Origin: Burkholderiaceae bacterium
GTDB taxonomy: Bacteria; Pseudomonadota; Gammaproteobacteria; Burkholderiales; Burkholderiaceae
Length of the DNA stretch: 64,000 bases
Direction of reading: 5' to 3'
Assembly: GCA_037139315.1 (NCBI GenBank)
Contig: JBAXGQ010000002.1
Location: forward strand, 425-64,424
Shown here one piece after another: positions 22,721 through 33,851 of the stretch (position 1 is its first letter; every line of letters begins with the position of its first letter). The position numbers and the translations under genes were made by a program. The notes below the pieces were generated by a model. The model worked only from the letters and a program-made list of their open reading frames with translations. It was not told the DNA's origin and made no database searches.

Positions 22721-23448
22721 GGGTGTCGTCTTAATTGAAGCGTGATGACCTGTCCAGTAACCGAAGTCATCTTGGCCTGCTCGATCCCAATCTCAGTTAA
22801 GGCCCAGTTACTCATTACCGTAGCATGAAGTGCTAAAGAGATTGTTTTATCGCCATTATTAAAAAAAGCAGCAGCCCCTTGGGCTGTTGTACTCATGCCT
22901 AAGTATTGCCAGCGACTTAAGGCAGCTTCTTCCATCTTCAATTTACGGTTAAGTTCGAGGGTTTCAGGGCGAATTGGATTTTTAGCTGATTTAGTACTGC
23001 GCGACGCTGCATTAAGTTGTGCGGTATGGATATTGTTGATCTGTTCGCTGAACTCAACGTGATAATTGAATAAAGTTTCTTCTTGCTCTGTCAGGCTTTG
23101 GCTTAGCAGATTTATTTTCGCTTCCTGGGCGCCAAATTGGGTAGAAATATTTTGCTCTAGTGGAATGAGTACGCTGATTATCCAAGCTAGTGCACCAAGA
23201 CATATAAATCCCATTAAGCTTGGCATCCACTGCGCTAGTTTTATCAAATCGTGGCGCAGCGGTGGCTGGTGAGGGTTAACACTGCCATTAGTTTCTGCTT
23301 GTACAGCTTGTGCAGCTGATTTATTTTGCTGGCGTGCAGTTAGATCAGGTTCTGAGCTCGAATGTCCGGAGTTTTGTATGACTGGATCATCGCCAAGCAC
23401 GCTTAAAATGGCATCAAAGGATTCGGAAGTAATTTTACGTATCGGCAC
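22717..23448 (-). CDS. Hypothetical bitopic membrane protein, possibly PilN/O/P-like
   Basis: 243 aa with one predicted TM segment (LMGFICLGALAWIISVLIPL), then a Q/E/L-rich helical stretch and a beta-rich C-terminus. It overlaps the secretin gene by 4 bp. I recognise no family motif. Confidence 0.55.
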   Translation of the reverse strand: MPIRKITSESFDAILSVLGDDPVIQNSGHSSSEPDLTARQQNKSAAQAVQAETNGSVNPHQPPLRHDLIKLAQWMPSLMGFICLGALAWIISVLIPLEQNISTQFGAQEAKINLLSQSLTEQEETLFNYHVEFSEQINNIHTAQLNAASRSTKSAKNPIRPETLELNRKLKMEEAALSRWQYLGMSTTAQGAAAFFNNGDKTISLALHATVMSNWALTEIGIEQAKMTSVTGQVITLQLRRHP

Positions 23449-23547
23449 CCCCTATTTTTTTCCAATCCCCCTCTTGAATCTAGCAACATAAGCTGAAAGA
23501 CGCGTAGGAATAAGCCGATTTAGGGCTGGCTCTTATAATTCAAACTT

Positions 23548-25887
23548 ATGGCGCAAACCCCTCAAGACAGGCCACCTCTGAAGCAGAATTCTCGCAATCA
23601 GCCAAATAGGCGTGTGCCTCCACGCATGAACTCCGGAGGACATTCGTTTTGGACGGCGATTCGAAGCCCACTCGTGAAGGCTTTATTGATTTTAGGGTTG
23701 GTCTTAGCAGTTTTACTAAGCTTGTTACTAGCTTACGCTTTTATTATTGCTAAGCCCAATTTGCCCAGCATTTCAGCTTTGACCGATTACAACCCTAAAG
23801 TGCCCTTGCGAATTTATACCGCAGATAAAGTCTTAATTGGGGAGTTTGGCGAAGAGCGGCGTAAATTAGTGCCACTCAATCAAATGCCGCAACAAATGAA
23901 AAATGCGGTCTTATCCATTGAGGACGATCGTTTTTATTCGCATGGCGGCGTTGATTATTTTGGCGTGTTACGTGCTGGTCTAGCTAATTTGCGCGGACGT
24001 TTAGCTCAAGGCGCATCAACCATTACGATGCAAGTGGCGCGGAATTTTTTCTTAGGCAATGAAAAAACATTTAGCCGAAAAATTTATGAAGTTTTATTAG
24101 CTTGGAAAATTGAGGCTGAGCTTAGTAAAGATAAAATTCTTGAAATTTATATGAACCAAATTTTTTTGGGACAGCGAGCTTATGGTTTTGCTAGCGCTGC
24201 ACAAATTTATTTTGGTAAAGATATTCATGAGATTAGCATTGCTGAGGCCGCGATGTTAGCCGGTTTACCAAAAGCACCATCAGCCTATAACCCAGTAAGC
24301 AATTTTCGTCGCGCGAAGGCCCGTCAGGAATATATTTTGCAGCGGATGCGTGACTTATCCTACATCACGCCTGCGGAGTATGACAAAGCCATGAAGGAAG
24401 AGTTGCGCGTGCGGGGTTTAGGGAATGAGTTTAGAACCCGCGCCGATTTCGCCACCGAAATGGTTAGGCAAATTTTATTTGCACAATATGGTGAAGCAAT
24501 TTATTCCCAGGGTTTAGAGGTTTACACCACGCTTTTAAAAGCAGATCAAGATGCAGCTTACCGCGCAGTACGACGGGGAATTTTTGAGTATGACTTACGC
24601 CATGCTTATCGTGGCCCCGAGGGTTTTATTGAGCTACCAGCCGATAATGTAAAGCGACAACGGGTAATTGATGATGCCTTGCTTGAGCATCCGCCCTTAG
24701 ATGAACTTCAGTCGGGAGTGGTATTAGCAGTTAAGCCTAAAGAGCTTGAGGTGATGATTGCTACGGGTGACGTGATTGTTGTTAAAGGCGACGGCATGAA
24801 ACTAGCTCTAGCCACACTCACGGATAGTTCACAGCCCAAGAAGCGTTTGCGACCGGGGGCGATAGTTCGCTTGCTCTCTGAAGATGGCATTTGGAAGTTA
24901 GCGCAACTTCCGCAAGTAGAGGCGGCGTTCGTATCGATGAATCCGGAAAATGGCGCAATCTTATCCTTGGTAGGTGGATTTGATTTTCATCGCACGCAAT
25001 TTAATCATGTTACGCAGGCAATGCGCCAGCCAGGCTCGTCGTTTAAGCCATTTATTTATGCCGCAGCACTTGAAAAAGGATTTGCACCAAGCACCGTTGT
25101 TAATGATGCGCCGATTTCTATTGGTATTTTGGAAACGGGCAGTCAAGCTTGGGAGCCTAAAAATTATGATGGAAAATATGAAGGCTTGATGCGGCTACGC
25201 ACTGCCTTGGCTAAATCTAAAAACGTTGTTTCGGTGCGTTTATTGCGCGCAATCGGACCCTCTTATGCGCAAGAATATATTCAGCGCTTTGGTTTTGAAC
25301 CAGAAAAACATCCGCCTTATTTAACTTTAGCTTTGGGCGCAGGCTCTGTTACACCTTTGCAAATGGCAGCGGCGTATAGTGTTTTTGCTAATGGGGGTTA
25401 TCGAGTTGATCCTTTTTTAATTGAAAAAATGATCGACAATAAAGGGGTCGTGTTGTTTGAGGCGCACCCCGTTCGAGTACATGAAAGTGGCACCCGAGTG
25501 TTAGATGCGAGAACGGCATTTGTGATTGATAGTATGTTGCAAGAAGTGACTAAATCAGGCACGGCTGCAAGTGCACGGGCAAAATTAGGGCGCACTGATA
25601 TTGCTGGTAAAACTGGCACGACCAACGATTCACATGATGCCTGGTTTGCAGGTTATAACCCGAAGATTGTGGCGATAGCGTGGATAGGGTTTGATAAACC
25701 CGCAAGCTTAGGCGATCGGGAGACGGGCGGTGGACTAGCCTTGCCAATTTGGATTTCATATATGACTACGGCACTAAGAGGATCGCCAGAAGAGGCGCGT
25801 GTGGTACCGGAGGGAGTGACGCAATTTGATGGTGATTGGTTTATTCCCGAATTTGCTCCACAGGGCGGCATGCGCCAACTAAATTAG
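23548..25887 (+). CDS. mrcA: Penicillin-binding protein 1A (bifunctional transglycosylase/transpeptidase)
   Basis: 779 aa with an N-terminal TM anchor. GT51 motifs are EDDRFYSHGGVD and GASTITMQ. Transpeptidase motifs are SSFKP and KTGTT. Confidence 0.95.
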   Translation: MAQTPQDRPPLKQNSRNQPNRRVPPRMNSGGHSFWTAIRSPLVKALLILGLVLAVLLSLLLAYAFIIAKPNLPSISALTDYNPKVPLRIYTADKVLIGEFGEERRKLVPLNQMPQQMKNAVLSIEDDRFYSHGGVDYFGVLRAGLANLRGRLAQGASTITMQVARNFFLGNEKTFSRKIYEVLLAWKIEAELSKDKILEIYMNQIFLGQRAYGFASAAQIYFGKDIHEISIAEAAMLAGLPKAPSAYNPVSNFRRAKARQEYILQRMRDLSYITPAEYDKAMKEELRVRGLGNEFRTRADFATEMVRQILFAQYGEAIYSQGLEVYTTLLKADQDAAYRAVRRGIFEYDLRHAYRGPEGFIELPADNVKRQRVIDDALLEHPPLDELQSGVVLAVKPKELEVMIATGDVIVVKGDGMKLALATLTDSSQPKKRLRPGAIVRLLSEDGIWKLAQLPQVEAAFVSMNPENGAILSLVGGFDFHRTQFNHVTQAMRQPGSSFKPFIYAAALEKGFAPSTVVNDAPISIGILETGSQAWEPKNYDGKYEGLMRLRTALAKSKNVVSVRLLRAIGPSYAQEYIQRFGFEPEKHPPYLTLALGAGSVTPLQMAAAYSVFANGGYRVDPFLIEKMIDNKGVVLFEAHPVRVHESGTRVLDARTAFVIDSMLQEVTKSGTAASARAKLGRTDIAGKTGTTNDSHDAWFAGYNPKIVAIAWIGFDKPASLGDRETGGGLALPIWISYMTTALRGSPEEARVVPEGVTQFDGDWFIPEFAPQGGMRQLN

Positions 25888-25901
25888 TGACGACCTGAGT
25901 C

Positions 25902-26588
25902 ATGGCCCGTCAAGCGCGCATCGTGATTCCTGGTCAAGCCATGCATGTTATGGCGCGCGGCAATAATCGCCAAGCGCTTTTTTTTAATCCAGCCGATCGC
26001 CGTATTTACTTAGATTGGTTACGCGATGCAGCCAAAGAATTCGGTACTGCAGTACATGCTTTTGCTTTGATGCCGAATCATATTCACTGCCTTTTAACCC
26101 CGAAGTATGAAAATTCCCTAGCAAAAACGATGCAGTCCTTGGGGCGCAGGTATGCGCAATATTGCAATCAACAGCAAAATCACTCGGGGACCATCTGGGA
26201 GGGCCGTTACCGCTCATCGCTGATTGATACTGACCATTTTTTACGTTGCCAACGGTATTTAGAATTAAACCCGGTACGCGCTGGCTTCGAATCGAGCCCA
26301 GCTGCTTCTAGTTGGACCAGTTATCTAAGCCATACTGGAGAAAAAGTTGAGCCGTGGCTAGTCGACCATCCAAGCTTTTGGGCCTTGGGAAATACGCCCT
26401 TTGAACGTCAATTAGCCTGGCAACACTTTGTCCAGGAGGGGGCACCCCAGCGGGAAGACCTTGAAATTACAGAATACCTTTTAAAATCAAAGCCTTGGAT
26501 TTCACGGACAACCGCTACACAACTCTTTAAGAACACCTTGGGAGCGCTAGAAATACGTCCCCGTGGCCGCCCAAAACAGGGAATTTAA
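25902..26588 (+). CDS. IS200-like Y1 (HUH) transposase-family protein, single copy with no IS ends; probably domesticated or RAYT-like
   Basis: 228 aa; N-terminal HVMARGNNRQALF, HUH motif in MPNHIHCLL, and the tyrosine motif RYLELNPVRAG, typical of COG1943/Y1_Tnp proteins. Confidence 0.8.
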   Translation: MARQARIVIPGQAMHVMARGNNRQALFFNPADRRIYLDWLRDAAKEFGTAVHAFALMPNHIHCLLTPKYENSLAKTMQSLGRRYAQYCNQQQNHSGTIWEGRYRSSLIDTDHFLRCQRYLELNPVRAGFESSPAASSWTSYLSHTGEKVEPWLVDHPSFWALGNTPFERQLAWQHFVQEGAPQREDLEITEYLLKSKPWISRTTATQLFKNTLGALEIRPRGRPKQGI

Positions 26589-26589
26589 C

Positions 26590-26650
26590 GAGTCTGTCCC
26601 CAATAAGTTAAAAATAAGCGACTTGCCTCATCTTTAATTGGGACAGAGTC
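26590..26650. repeat. Imperfect inverted repeat (13 bp paired, 32-nt spacer) directly after the HUH gene
   Basis: GAGTCTGTCCCCAAT (26590-26604) pairs with ATTGGGACAGAGTC (26637-26650), with one bulge and one mismatch. Confidence 0.8.
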
Positions 26651-26662
26651 ATTTAATTTTTA

Positions 26663-26691
26663 TTGCATCTAGCGGGGTATTCCCCTATATT
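26663..26691 (+). promoter_or_regulatory. Candidate sigma70 promoter of gltBD
   Basis: TTGCAT at 26663-26668, a 17-nt spacer, then TATATT at 26686-26691. The spacer contains the palindrome GGGGTATTCCCC. It lies about 60 nt upstream of the gltB ATG. Confidence 0.55.
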
Positions 26692-26748
26692 AGATCCTCC
26701 CAACCAGCAGTACCCCTAATTTTTATAAGCGCCACCGCGAGACCGACG

Positions 26749-29700
26749 ATGATGACAACTGAATTACGCCCAATTAAACAAGGTCTATATGACCCGCAAA
26801 ATGAACATGATGCTTGTGGGGTAGGATTTGTGGCGCACATTAAAGGAAAAAAATCCCACGAAATCGTTACTCAGGGATTAAAAATTCTCGAGAACCTTGA
26901 CCATCGTGGTGCAGTTGGCGCTGATCCCTTGATGGGTGATGGCGCAGGTATTTTGATTCAAATTCCCGATCAACTCTATCGTGATGAAATGGCTTTACAG
27001 GGCGTCTCCCTACCACCATTTGGTGAGTATGGCGTAGGTATGATTTTTTTACCCAAAGAACACGCGTCTCGCTTGGCATGTGAGCAGGAGCTAGAGCGCA
27101 CTGTACGGGTCGAAGGACAAACTGTATTAGGTTGGCGCAATGTACCGGTAGATGTTCAATTACCTATGTCGCCAACTGTAAGAAAAACCGAGCCCGTCAT
27201 TCGGCAAATTTTTATTGGGCGCGGGCGCGATATTATGACGACCGATGCCCTTGAACGGAAACTTTATGTCATCCGTAAAACTGCTAGCCATGCAATACAA
27301 GATTTACATTTAAAACATGGCAAAGAATATTTTGTGACATCGATGTCGGCACGGACGATTGTTTATAAGGGCTTGCTCTTAGCAAATCAGGTAGGCGCCT
27401 ATTATCAAGACTTAACTGATGAACGAACTGTCTCAGCTTTAGCATTAGTTCATCAACGTTTTTCAACCAATACCTTTCCTGCCTGGGAGTTAGCTCACCC
27501 TTACCGCATGATTGCGCACAACGGGGAAATTAATACGGTCAAAGGAAACGTGAATTGGGTTAATGCGCGCACTGGCGCAATTAGCTCACCAGTATTAGGC
27601 GATGATTTACAAAAATTATGGCCACTAATTTATCCGGGTCAATCCGATACAGCCTGTTTTGATAACTGCCTTGAGTTGCTGGTCATGGCTGGCTATCCAA
27701 TGGCACAAGCCATGATGATGATGATTCCCGAGGCCTGGGAACAGCACAATATGATGGACGAAAATCGGCGGGCTTTTTATGAGTACCATGCCTCTATGAT
27801 GGAGCCCTGGGATGGCCCCGCTGCGATGGCATTTACCGACGGACGTCAAATTGGCGCAACCCTTGACCGCAATGGCTTACGCCCGGCACGATATTACGTG
27901 ACTGATGATGACTTGGTCATCATGGCATCCGAAGCCGGAGTATTGGCTATTCCCGAAAGCAAGATCGTGCATAAATGGCGTTTACAGCCGGGCAAAATGT
28001 TCATGATTGATATGGAACAAGGCCGGATTATTGATGACATTGAACTCAAAGATGCAGTTGCTAAAGCAAAACCCTATAAGGGTTGGATTGATGCAGTCCG
28101 TATTAAATTAGACGAAGTTACTGTTAGCGCGAGCGATCACCGTGATGAAAAACAAGTCATACGACCGATAGCGAAATTACTCGATCGTCAGCAGGCTTTT
28201 GGCTATACACAAGAAGATCTGAAATACTTAATGGCACCAATGGCCAGCGCTGGTGAAGAGGCTATTGGTTCGATGGGCAACGATAGTCCATTAGCTGTTT
28301 TATCGAATAAAAATAAATCGCTTTATAACTACTTTAAGCAATTATTTGCGCAAGTAACGAATCCACCCATTGACCCAATTCGCGAAAATTTAGTGATGTC
28401 TTTGGTATCGTTCATTGGACCTAAGCCCAACTTATTGGATACCAATAATATTAATCCACCAATGCGCTTAGAAGTTAGTCAGCCAATTCTGGATTTTGCT
28501 GACATCACCAAAATTCGCCACATCGAGCACTACACCAATGGTAAGTTTCGTTCTTACGAATTGGATATTTGCTATCCAGCGGCTTGGGGTAAAGCTGGCA
28601 TTGAAGCGCGCCTAGCATCGCTTTGTGCCGAGGCAGCTGATGCTGTGCGTTCAGGCTATACCATTCTCATTGTTAGTGATCGTCAAGTTGACCAACATCA
28701 TGTCGCAATCCCAGCACTCTTAGCAACTTCAGCAATTCATCAACATTTAGTTGAAAAAGGCTTACGCACCAGCGTTGGCTTAGTGGTTGAAACTGGCAGT
28801 GCACGCGAGACGCATCACTTTGCTTTATTGGCTGGATATGGCGCAGAAGCAATCCACCCGTATCTTGCAATGGAAACTTTAGCGCAAATGGCTAAGGGCC
28901 TGCCCGGTGACTTATCGGCTGAAAAGGCGATTAAGAATTTTGTGAAGGCTGTTGGTAAGGGCTTGCAAAAAGTCATGTCCAAAATGGGCATCTCCACTTA
29001 CATGTCTTACACCGGCTCGCAAATTTTTGAGGCAATTGGTTTAAATCAAGAAGTGATCAACCAATACTTTAAAGGCACCTCATCTAATGTTGGTGGCATC
29101 GGCGTTTTTGAGGTTGCCGAAGAGGCTTTGCAGATGCATCATGCCGCATTTAGTGATGACCCGGTTTTGGCTAATATGCTAGAGGCAGGTGGCGAATACG
29201 CTTATCGGATTCGCGGTGAAAACCACATGTGGACTCCCGATACGATTGCCAAGCTACAGCATGCTACCCGCATTGGCCCAGAAAAAGGTTATCAAACCTA
29301 TAAAGAGTACGCCAACATCATTAACGATCAAAGTAAGCGGCAAATGACTTTGCGTGGCTTGTTTGAATTTAAAGTTGATCCGACCAAAGCCATTCCACTC
29401 GATGAAGTTGAGCCAGCGAAAGAAATCGTTAAACGCTTTGCTACCGGTGCGATGTCATTGGGCTCGATTTCTACTGAGGCGCATGCCACCTTAGCGATTG
29501 CCATGAATCGCATTGGCGGTAAATCAAATACCGGGGAAGGTGGCGAAGATCCTAATCGCTATGTTAATGAGCTGAAAGGTATTCCAATTAAAAAAGGCGA
29601 AACCCTCGCCAGTATTCTCGGCAGCGATGTGGTTGAGGCCAATATTCCTTTGCAAGATGGCGATTCTTTACGTTCTAAAATTAAACAAGTCGCTTCGGGT

Positions 29701-31491
29701 CGTTTTGGTGTCACTGCCCAGTATTTGCGTAGTGCAGATCAAATGCAAATTAAGATGGCTCAAGGCGCAAAGCCCGGTGAAGGTGGGCAACTGCCAGGCA
29801 GCAAGGTTTCTGACTACATTGGTAGCTTGCGCTTTTCCGTACCTGGAGTGGGCTTAATTTCACCCCCACCCCACCATGATATTTATTCGATTGAAGATCT
29901 CGCCCAATTAATCCACGATTTAAAAAATGTTAATGCTGCCGCAGATGTATCCGTAAAATTGGTTTCTGAAGTCGGCGTTGGCACCATTGCTGCGGGTGTT
30001 GCTAAAGCGAAAGCTGATCATGTGGTCATTGCTGGTCACGATGGCGGTACAGGGGCATCGCCTTTATCTTCAATTAAACATGCTGGCTCACCATGGGAAT
30101 TAGGCTTGGCTGAAACCCAGCAAACCTTAGTATTAAATCGTTTGCGTAGCCGAATTCGCGTTCAGGCCGATGGCCAAATGAAAACGGGTCGGGATGTTGT
30201 GATTGGCGCATTATTGGGCGCAGATGAATTTGGTTTTGCTACGGCGCCCTTAGTTGTTGAGGGCTGCATTATGATGCGCAAGTGTCATTTGAACACCTGT
30301 CCCGTTGGTGTTGCCACGCAAGACCCCGAATTGCGTAAACGTTTTGCAGGTAAGCCCGAGCATGTTGTGAATTTCTTCTTTTATGTTGCGGAAGAAGCGC
30401 GCGAATTAATGGCGCAGCTTGGTATTCGAAAATTTGATGATTTGATTGGCCGAGTCGATTTGCTCGATACCCGTAAGGGAATAGAAAATTGGAAAACCCG
30501 CGGTTTAGATTTCAGCAAAATATTTGCTGCACCGCGTGTGCCTGCTGATGTGCCACGTTTTCAAGTATTAAAGCAAGATCACAATCTTGGTAGCGCACTT
30601 GATCATATTCTGATTGAAAAAAGCGAGCCCGCACTGGAGCGTGGCGAAAAGGTTTCTTTTATCGTGCCGGTACGCAACGTTAATCGAACTGTGGGCGCGA
30701 TGCTCTCGGGAGAAGTAGCGCAACGGTATGGACATGAAGGTTTGCCTAACGATACGATCCATATTCAGTTGAACGGTACAGCGGGCCAAAGTTTCGGCGC
30801 CTTTTTGGCACACGGCATCACGCTTGATTTAGTTGGTGATGGGAATGACTATGTTGGTAAAGGGTTATCCGGTGGTTGCGTGATTGTGCGTGCCCCACAT
30901 GAATTCCGTGGGGATACGGCAAAAAATATTATCGTGGGTAATACCGTTTTATATGGCGCGATTAGTGGCGAAGCATTTTTTAATGGCGTAGCAGGCGAGC
31001 GCTTTGCGGTGCGTAATTCAGGAGCCACGGCCGTAGTTGAAGGCACAGGTGATCACGGCTGTGAGTATATGACTGGCGGCACAGTCGTAGTGCTTGGTCA
31101 AACCGGACGTAACTTTGCTGCCGGCATGAGTGGCGGAATAGCTTATGTCTTTGATGAAGATGGTTTATTTGAGAAGCGCTGTAATCTCAGCATGGTCACC
31201 TTAGAAAAAGTGCTAACCAGTGCAGAGCAAATTGCCCAAATGCCGAAGTCGGTGTGGCATGCCCCAATCGACGTTAAAGATGGTGGCGAGCGATTAAGCG
31301 ATGAAGTAATTTTAAAAAGTTTGGTTGAGCAGCATTTCCGCCATACGGGTTCTGAGCGTGCTAAAGCAATTTTGGCTGACTGGGAGCAATCGCGTAGCCG
31401 TTTCATCAAAGTCTTCCCAACCGAATATAAGCGTGCCTTAGGTGAGTTATGGCTGAAGTCGGAAAATCAAGACAAATTAATTACTGCTTAA
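26749..31491 (+). CDS. gltB: Glutamate synthase (NADPH) large subunit
   Basis: About 1580 aa. [15 protein letters not shown] is the Ntn-amidotransferase N-terminus, followed by FMN/Fe-S central and GXGXG C-terminal domains. The start is set at the ATG pair 26749/26752. The TTG extension from 26638 crosses the promoter region. Confidence 0.96.
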   Translation: MMTTELRPIKQGLYDPQNEHDACGVGFVAHIKGKKSHEIVTQGLKILENLDHRGAVGADPLMGDGAGILIQIPDQLYRDEMALQGVSLPPFGEYGVGMIFLPKEHASRLACEQELERTVRVEGQTVLGWRNVPVDVQLPMSPTVRKTEPVIRQIFIGRGRDIMTTDALERKLYVIRKTASHAIQDLHLKHGKEYFVTSMSARTIVYKGLLLANQVGAYYQDLTDERTVSALALVHQRFSTNTFPAWELAHPYRMIAHNGEINTVKGNVNWVNARTGAISSPVLGDDLQKLWPLIYPGQSDTACFDNCLELLVMAGYPMAQAMMMMIPEAWEQHNMMDENRRAFYEYHASMMEPWDGPAAMAFTDGRQIGATLDRNGLRPARYYVTDDDLVIMASEAGVLAIPESKIVHKWRLQPGKMFMIDMEQGRIIDDIELKDAVAKAKPYKGWIDAVRIKLDEVTVSASDHRDEKQVIRPIAKLLDRQQAFGYTQEDLKYLMAPMASAGEEAIGSMGNDSPLAVLSNKNKSLYNYFKQLFAQVTNPPIDPIRENLVMSLVSFIGPKPNLLDTNNINPPMRLEVSQPILDFADITKIRHIEHYTNGKFRSYELDICYPAAWGKAGIEARLASLCAEAADAVRSGYTILIVSDRQVDQHHVAIPALLATSAIHQHLVEKGLRTSVGLVVETGSARETHHFALLAGYGAEAIHPYLAMETLAQMAKGLPGDLSAEKAIKNFVKAVGKGLQKVMSKMGISTYMSYTGSQIFEAIGLNQEVINQYFKGTSSNVGGIGVFEVAEEALQMHHAAFSDDPVLANMLEAGGEYAYRIRGENHMWTPDTIAKLQHATRIGPEKGYQTYKEYANIINDQSKRQMTLRGLFEFKVDPTKAIPLDEVEPAKEIVKRFATGAMSLGSISTEAHATLAIAMNRIGGKSNTGEGGEDPNRYVNELKGIPIKKGETLASILGSDVVEANIPLQDGDSLRSKIKQVASGRFGVTAQYLRSADQMQIKMAQGAKPGEGGQLPGSKVSDYIGSLRFSVPGVGLISPPPHHDIYSIEDLAQLIHDLKNVNAAADVSVKLVSEVGVGTIAAGVAKAKADHVVIAGHDGGTGASPLSSIKHAGSPWELGLAETQQTLVLNRLRSRIRVQADGQMKTGRDVVIGALLGADEFGFATAPLVVEGCIMMRKCHLNTCPVGVATQDPELRKRFAGKPEHVVNFFFYVAEEARELMAQLGIRKFDDLIGRVDLLDTRKGIENWKTRGLDFSKIFAAPRVPADVPRFQVLKQDHNLGSALDHILIEKSEPALERGEKVSFIVPVRNVNRTVGAMLSGEVAQRYGHEGLPNDTIHIQLNGTAGQSFGAFLAHGITLDLVGDGNDYVGKGLSGGCVIVRAPHEFRGDTAKNIIVGNTVLYGAISGEAFFNGVAGERFAVRNSGATAVVEGTGDHGCEYMTGGTVVVLGQTGRNFAAGMSGGIAYVFDEDGLFEKRCNLSMVTLEKVLTSAEQIAQMPKSVWHAPIDVKDGGERLSDEVILKSLVEQHFRHTGSERAKAILADWEQSRSRFIKVFPTEYKRALGELWLKSENQDKLITA

Positions 31492-31522
31492 GTACAGTGC
31501 AAACAGAAAGAATATAGAACTT

Positions 31523-32986
31523 ATGGGCAAGGTTACTGGATTTATGGAATTCGAGCGGGTCAATGAGACCTACGAGGCACCAACGCAACGGGTTCATCAT
31601 TACAAAGAGTTTGTACTGGCTTTAGCAGACGCTGAGGCGCAAGTGCAAGGTGCGCGGTGTATGGATTGTGGCATTCCTTTTTGTAATAACGGCTGCCCAG
31701 TGAACAACATCATCCCTGACTTTAATGATTTAGTTTTTCGTGGGGATTGGCTAAATGCACTTGATGTTTTGCACTCAACTAATAATTTTCCTGAGTTTAC
31801 GGGGCGAATTTGCCCAGCGCCTTGCGAGGCTGCTTGCACCCTAACTATTAATCGCGCACCGGTTGGTATTAAGTCCATCGAACACGCCATTATTGATAAA
31901 GCCTGGGAAAACGGTTGGGTCAAACCACAACCCGCTAAACACAAAACCGGTAAGCGCATTGCGATCGTTGGTTCTGGTCCGGCGGGGATGGCGGCGGCGC
32001 AACAACTTGCCCGGGTTGGCCATGAGGTTACCGTATATGAAAAAAATGATCGGGTAGGCGGCTTATTACGCTACGGTATTCCTGATTTTAAAATGGAAAA
32101 ATGGCTCATTGATCGGCGTGTCGAACAAATGCAAGCTGAGGGCGTTGTATTTAAGACTAGTATTTTTGTTGGTAAAGAAGCCCTTCACGAAAAAATTAAA
32201 AATTACTCAACTAAAACCATTGATCCCACTGAGTTACTTGCGACATTTGATGCGGTCATCATTTCAGGGGGCGCCGAACAACCGCGCGATTTGCCGGTAC
32301 CAGGCAGAGATTTGAGTGGCATTCACTATGCGCTCGAATTTTTAATTCCACAAAACAAAGAAGTTGCTGGCGATATCAAGAATGAAATTCGCGCCACGGA
32401 TAAGCATATTGTCGTGATTGGCGGCGGCGATACGGGGTCGGATTGTGTTGGTACATCGAATCGACACGGGGCCAAAAACGTGACTCAATTCGAACTGTTG
32501 CCCCAACCGCCTGAGCGCGAAAATACCCCCTTAGTTTGGCCTTATTGGCCGACTAAATTACGTACCTCATCTTCCCATGAAGAAGGCTGTGAGCGTGATT
32601 GGTCAGTGGCAACAAAACGCTTTGAAGGTAAAAACGGCAAAGTAGAAAAATTAATTGGCGTGCGCTTAGAGTGGCAAGACGGCAAGATGGCCGAAATGCC
32701 CAACTCCGAGTTTGAAATTAAAGCCGATTTAGTTCTCTTAGCAATGGGCTTTGTTTCGCCAGCCCAGCAAATTCTTGCTGCATTTGGGGTTGAGCAAGAT
32801 GCGCGGGGTAACGCTAAAGCTACTGTAGACGGGCAAAAGGCCTATCATACGAACATTCCACAGGTGTTTGCTGCTGGTGATATGCGCCGCGGACAATCTT
32901 TAGTGGTCTGGGCAATTCGTGAAGGACGCCAATGTGCGCGTGCCGTCGATGAGTTTTTGATGGGCTCGTCCGTTTTGCCTCGATAA
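31523..32986 (+). CDS. gltD: Glutamate synthase (NADPH) small subunit
   Basis: 487 aa; Fe-S cysteine clusters ([23 protein letters not shown]) and the dinucleotide fold [10 protein letters not shown]. Confidence 0.96.
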   Translation: MGKVTGFMEFERVNETYEAPTQRVHHYKEFVLALADAEAQVQGARCMDCGIPFCNNGCPVNNIIPDFNDLVFRGDWLNALDVLHSTNNFPEFTGRICPAPCEAACTLTINRAPVGIKSIEHAIIDKAWENGWVKPQPAKHKTGKRIAIVGSGPAGMAAAQQLARVGHEVTVYEKNDRVGGLLRYGIPDFKMEKWLIDRRVEQMQAEGVVFKTSIFVGKEALHEKIKNYSTKTIDPTELLATFDAVIISGGAEQPRDLPVPGRDLSGIHYALEFLIPQNKEVAGDIKNEIRATDKHIVVIGGGDTGSDCVGTSNRHGAKNVTQFELLPQPPERENTPLVWPYWPTKLRTSSSHEEGCERDWSVATKRFEGKNGKVEKLIGVRLEWQDGKMAEMPNSEFEIKADLVLLAMGFVSPAQQILAAFGVEQDARGNAKATVDGQKAYHTNIPQVFAAGDMRRGQSLVVWAIREGRQCARAVDEFLMGSSVLPR

Positions 32987-32993
32987 TGCCAGT

Positions 32994-33851
32994 ATGCATA
33001 AAGGTTTATCCGCCTCACTCCCTCAGCCCTTAGCCCAAAGCTTTGGAGGAGATGTGGTCGTCTCAATTCAAGGCGTTGATTTTTCCTACAATTTAGGTGA
33101 GCGGCAAATTTTATCTGGCTTGAATATGGAATTTAAGCGTGGGCAAGTCGTTGCAGTGATGGGCGGCTCAGGTTGCGGTAAGACGACCATCTTACGTTTA
33201 ATTGGTGGTCAATATACCGCGCAGCGTGGCCAAGTTATGTTCGAAGGCCAAGACGTTGGTAAGTTAAGTACAGCACAATTAATGCAGGCCCGCAGACGGA
33301 TGGGCATGCTTTTTCAATTCGGTGCACTTTTTACTGATCTCAGTGTTTTTGAAAATGTCGCATTTCCTTTGCGCGAACATACTGACTTAAATGAAGAATT
33401 ACTGCAGACTTTGGTGCTGATGAAATTAAATGCAGTGGGCTTGCGTGGCGCTCGCGATTTAATGCCGGCGCAAATTTCAGGTGGTATGGCAAGGCGGGTT
33501 GCCTTAGCGCGTGCGATCGCACTAGATCCACCGCTAATTATGTATGACGAACCATTTGCCGGACTAGACCCAATTTCATTGGGGATTACAGCGCGCTTAA
33601 TTCGTAATTTAAATGATGCACTTGGTTCCACCAGCCTTTTAGTAACGCATGATGTAGAAGAAACATTTGCTATTGCTGACTATGTGTATTTCATTGCCAA
33701 TGGCAAAATTGGCGCCGAAGGAACGCCGGTCGAGTTAAGGAATTCGCTTGATCCCTTTGTGCGTCAATTTTTGGATGCCTCACCCGATGGCCCTGTGCCA
33801 TTTCATTATCCAGGGCTGAGCTTGCAAGAGGATTTTGAGATGAGGGTGTAA
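32994..33851 (+). CDS. mlaF: Phospholipid (Mla) ABC transporter ATP-binding protein
   Basis: 285 aa; Walker [10 protein letters not shown], signature ISGGMARRV, Walker B IMYDEP. It is the first gene of an mla-type cluster. Confidence 0.88.
   Translation: MHKGLSASLPQPLAQSFGGDVVVSIQGVDFSYNLGERQILSGLNMEFKRGQVVAVMGGSGCGKTTILRLIGGQYTAQRGQVMFEGQDVGKLSTAQLMQARRRMGMLFQFGALFTDLSVFENVAFPLREHTDLNEELLQTLVLMKLNAVGLRGARDLMPAQISGGMARRVALARAIALDPPLIMYDEPFAGLDPISLGITARLIRNLNDALGSTSLLVTHDVEETFAIADYVYFIANGKIGAEGTPVELRNSLDPFVRQFLDASPDGPVPFHYPGLSLQEDFEMRV

Noticed and set aside
23534-23539. A perfect TATAAT 8 nt upstream of the mrcA ATG, which could imply a leaderless mRNA.
   Set aside because: There is no acceptable -35 or extended -10 at the right distance, and the mrcA start itself is uncertain. 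An isolated hexamer in AT-rich DNA is weak evidence.
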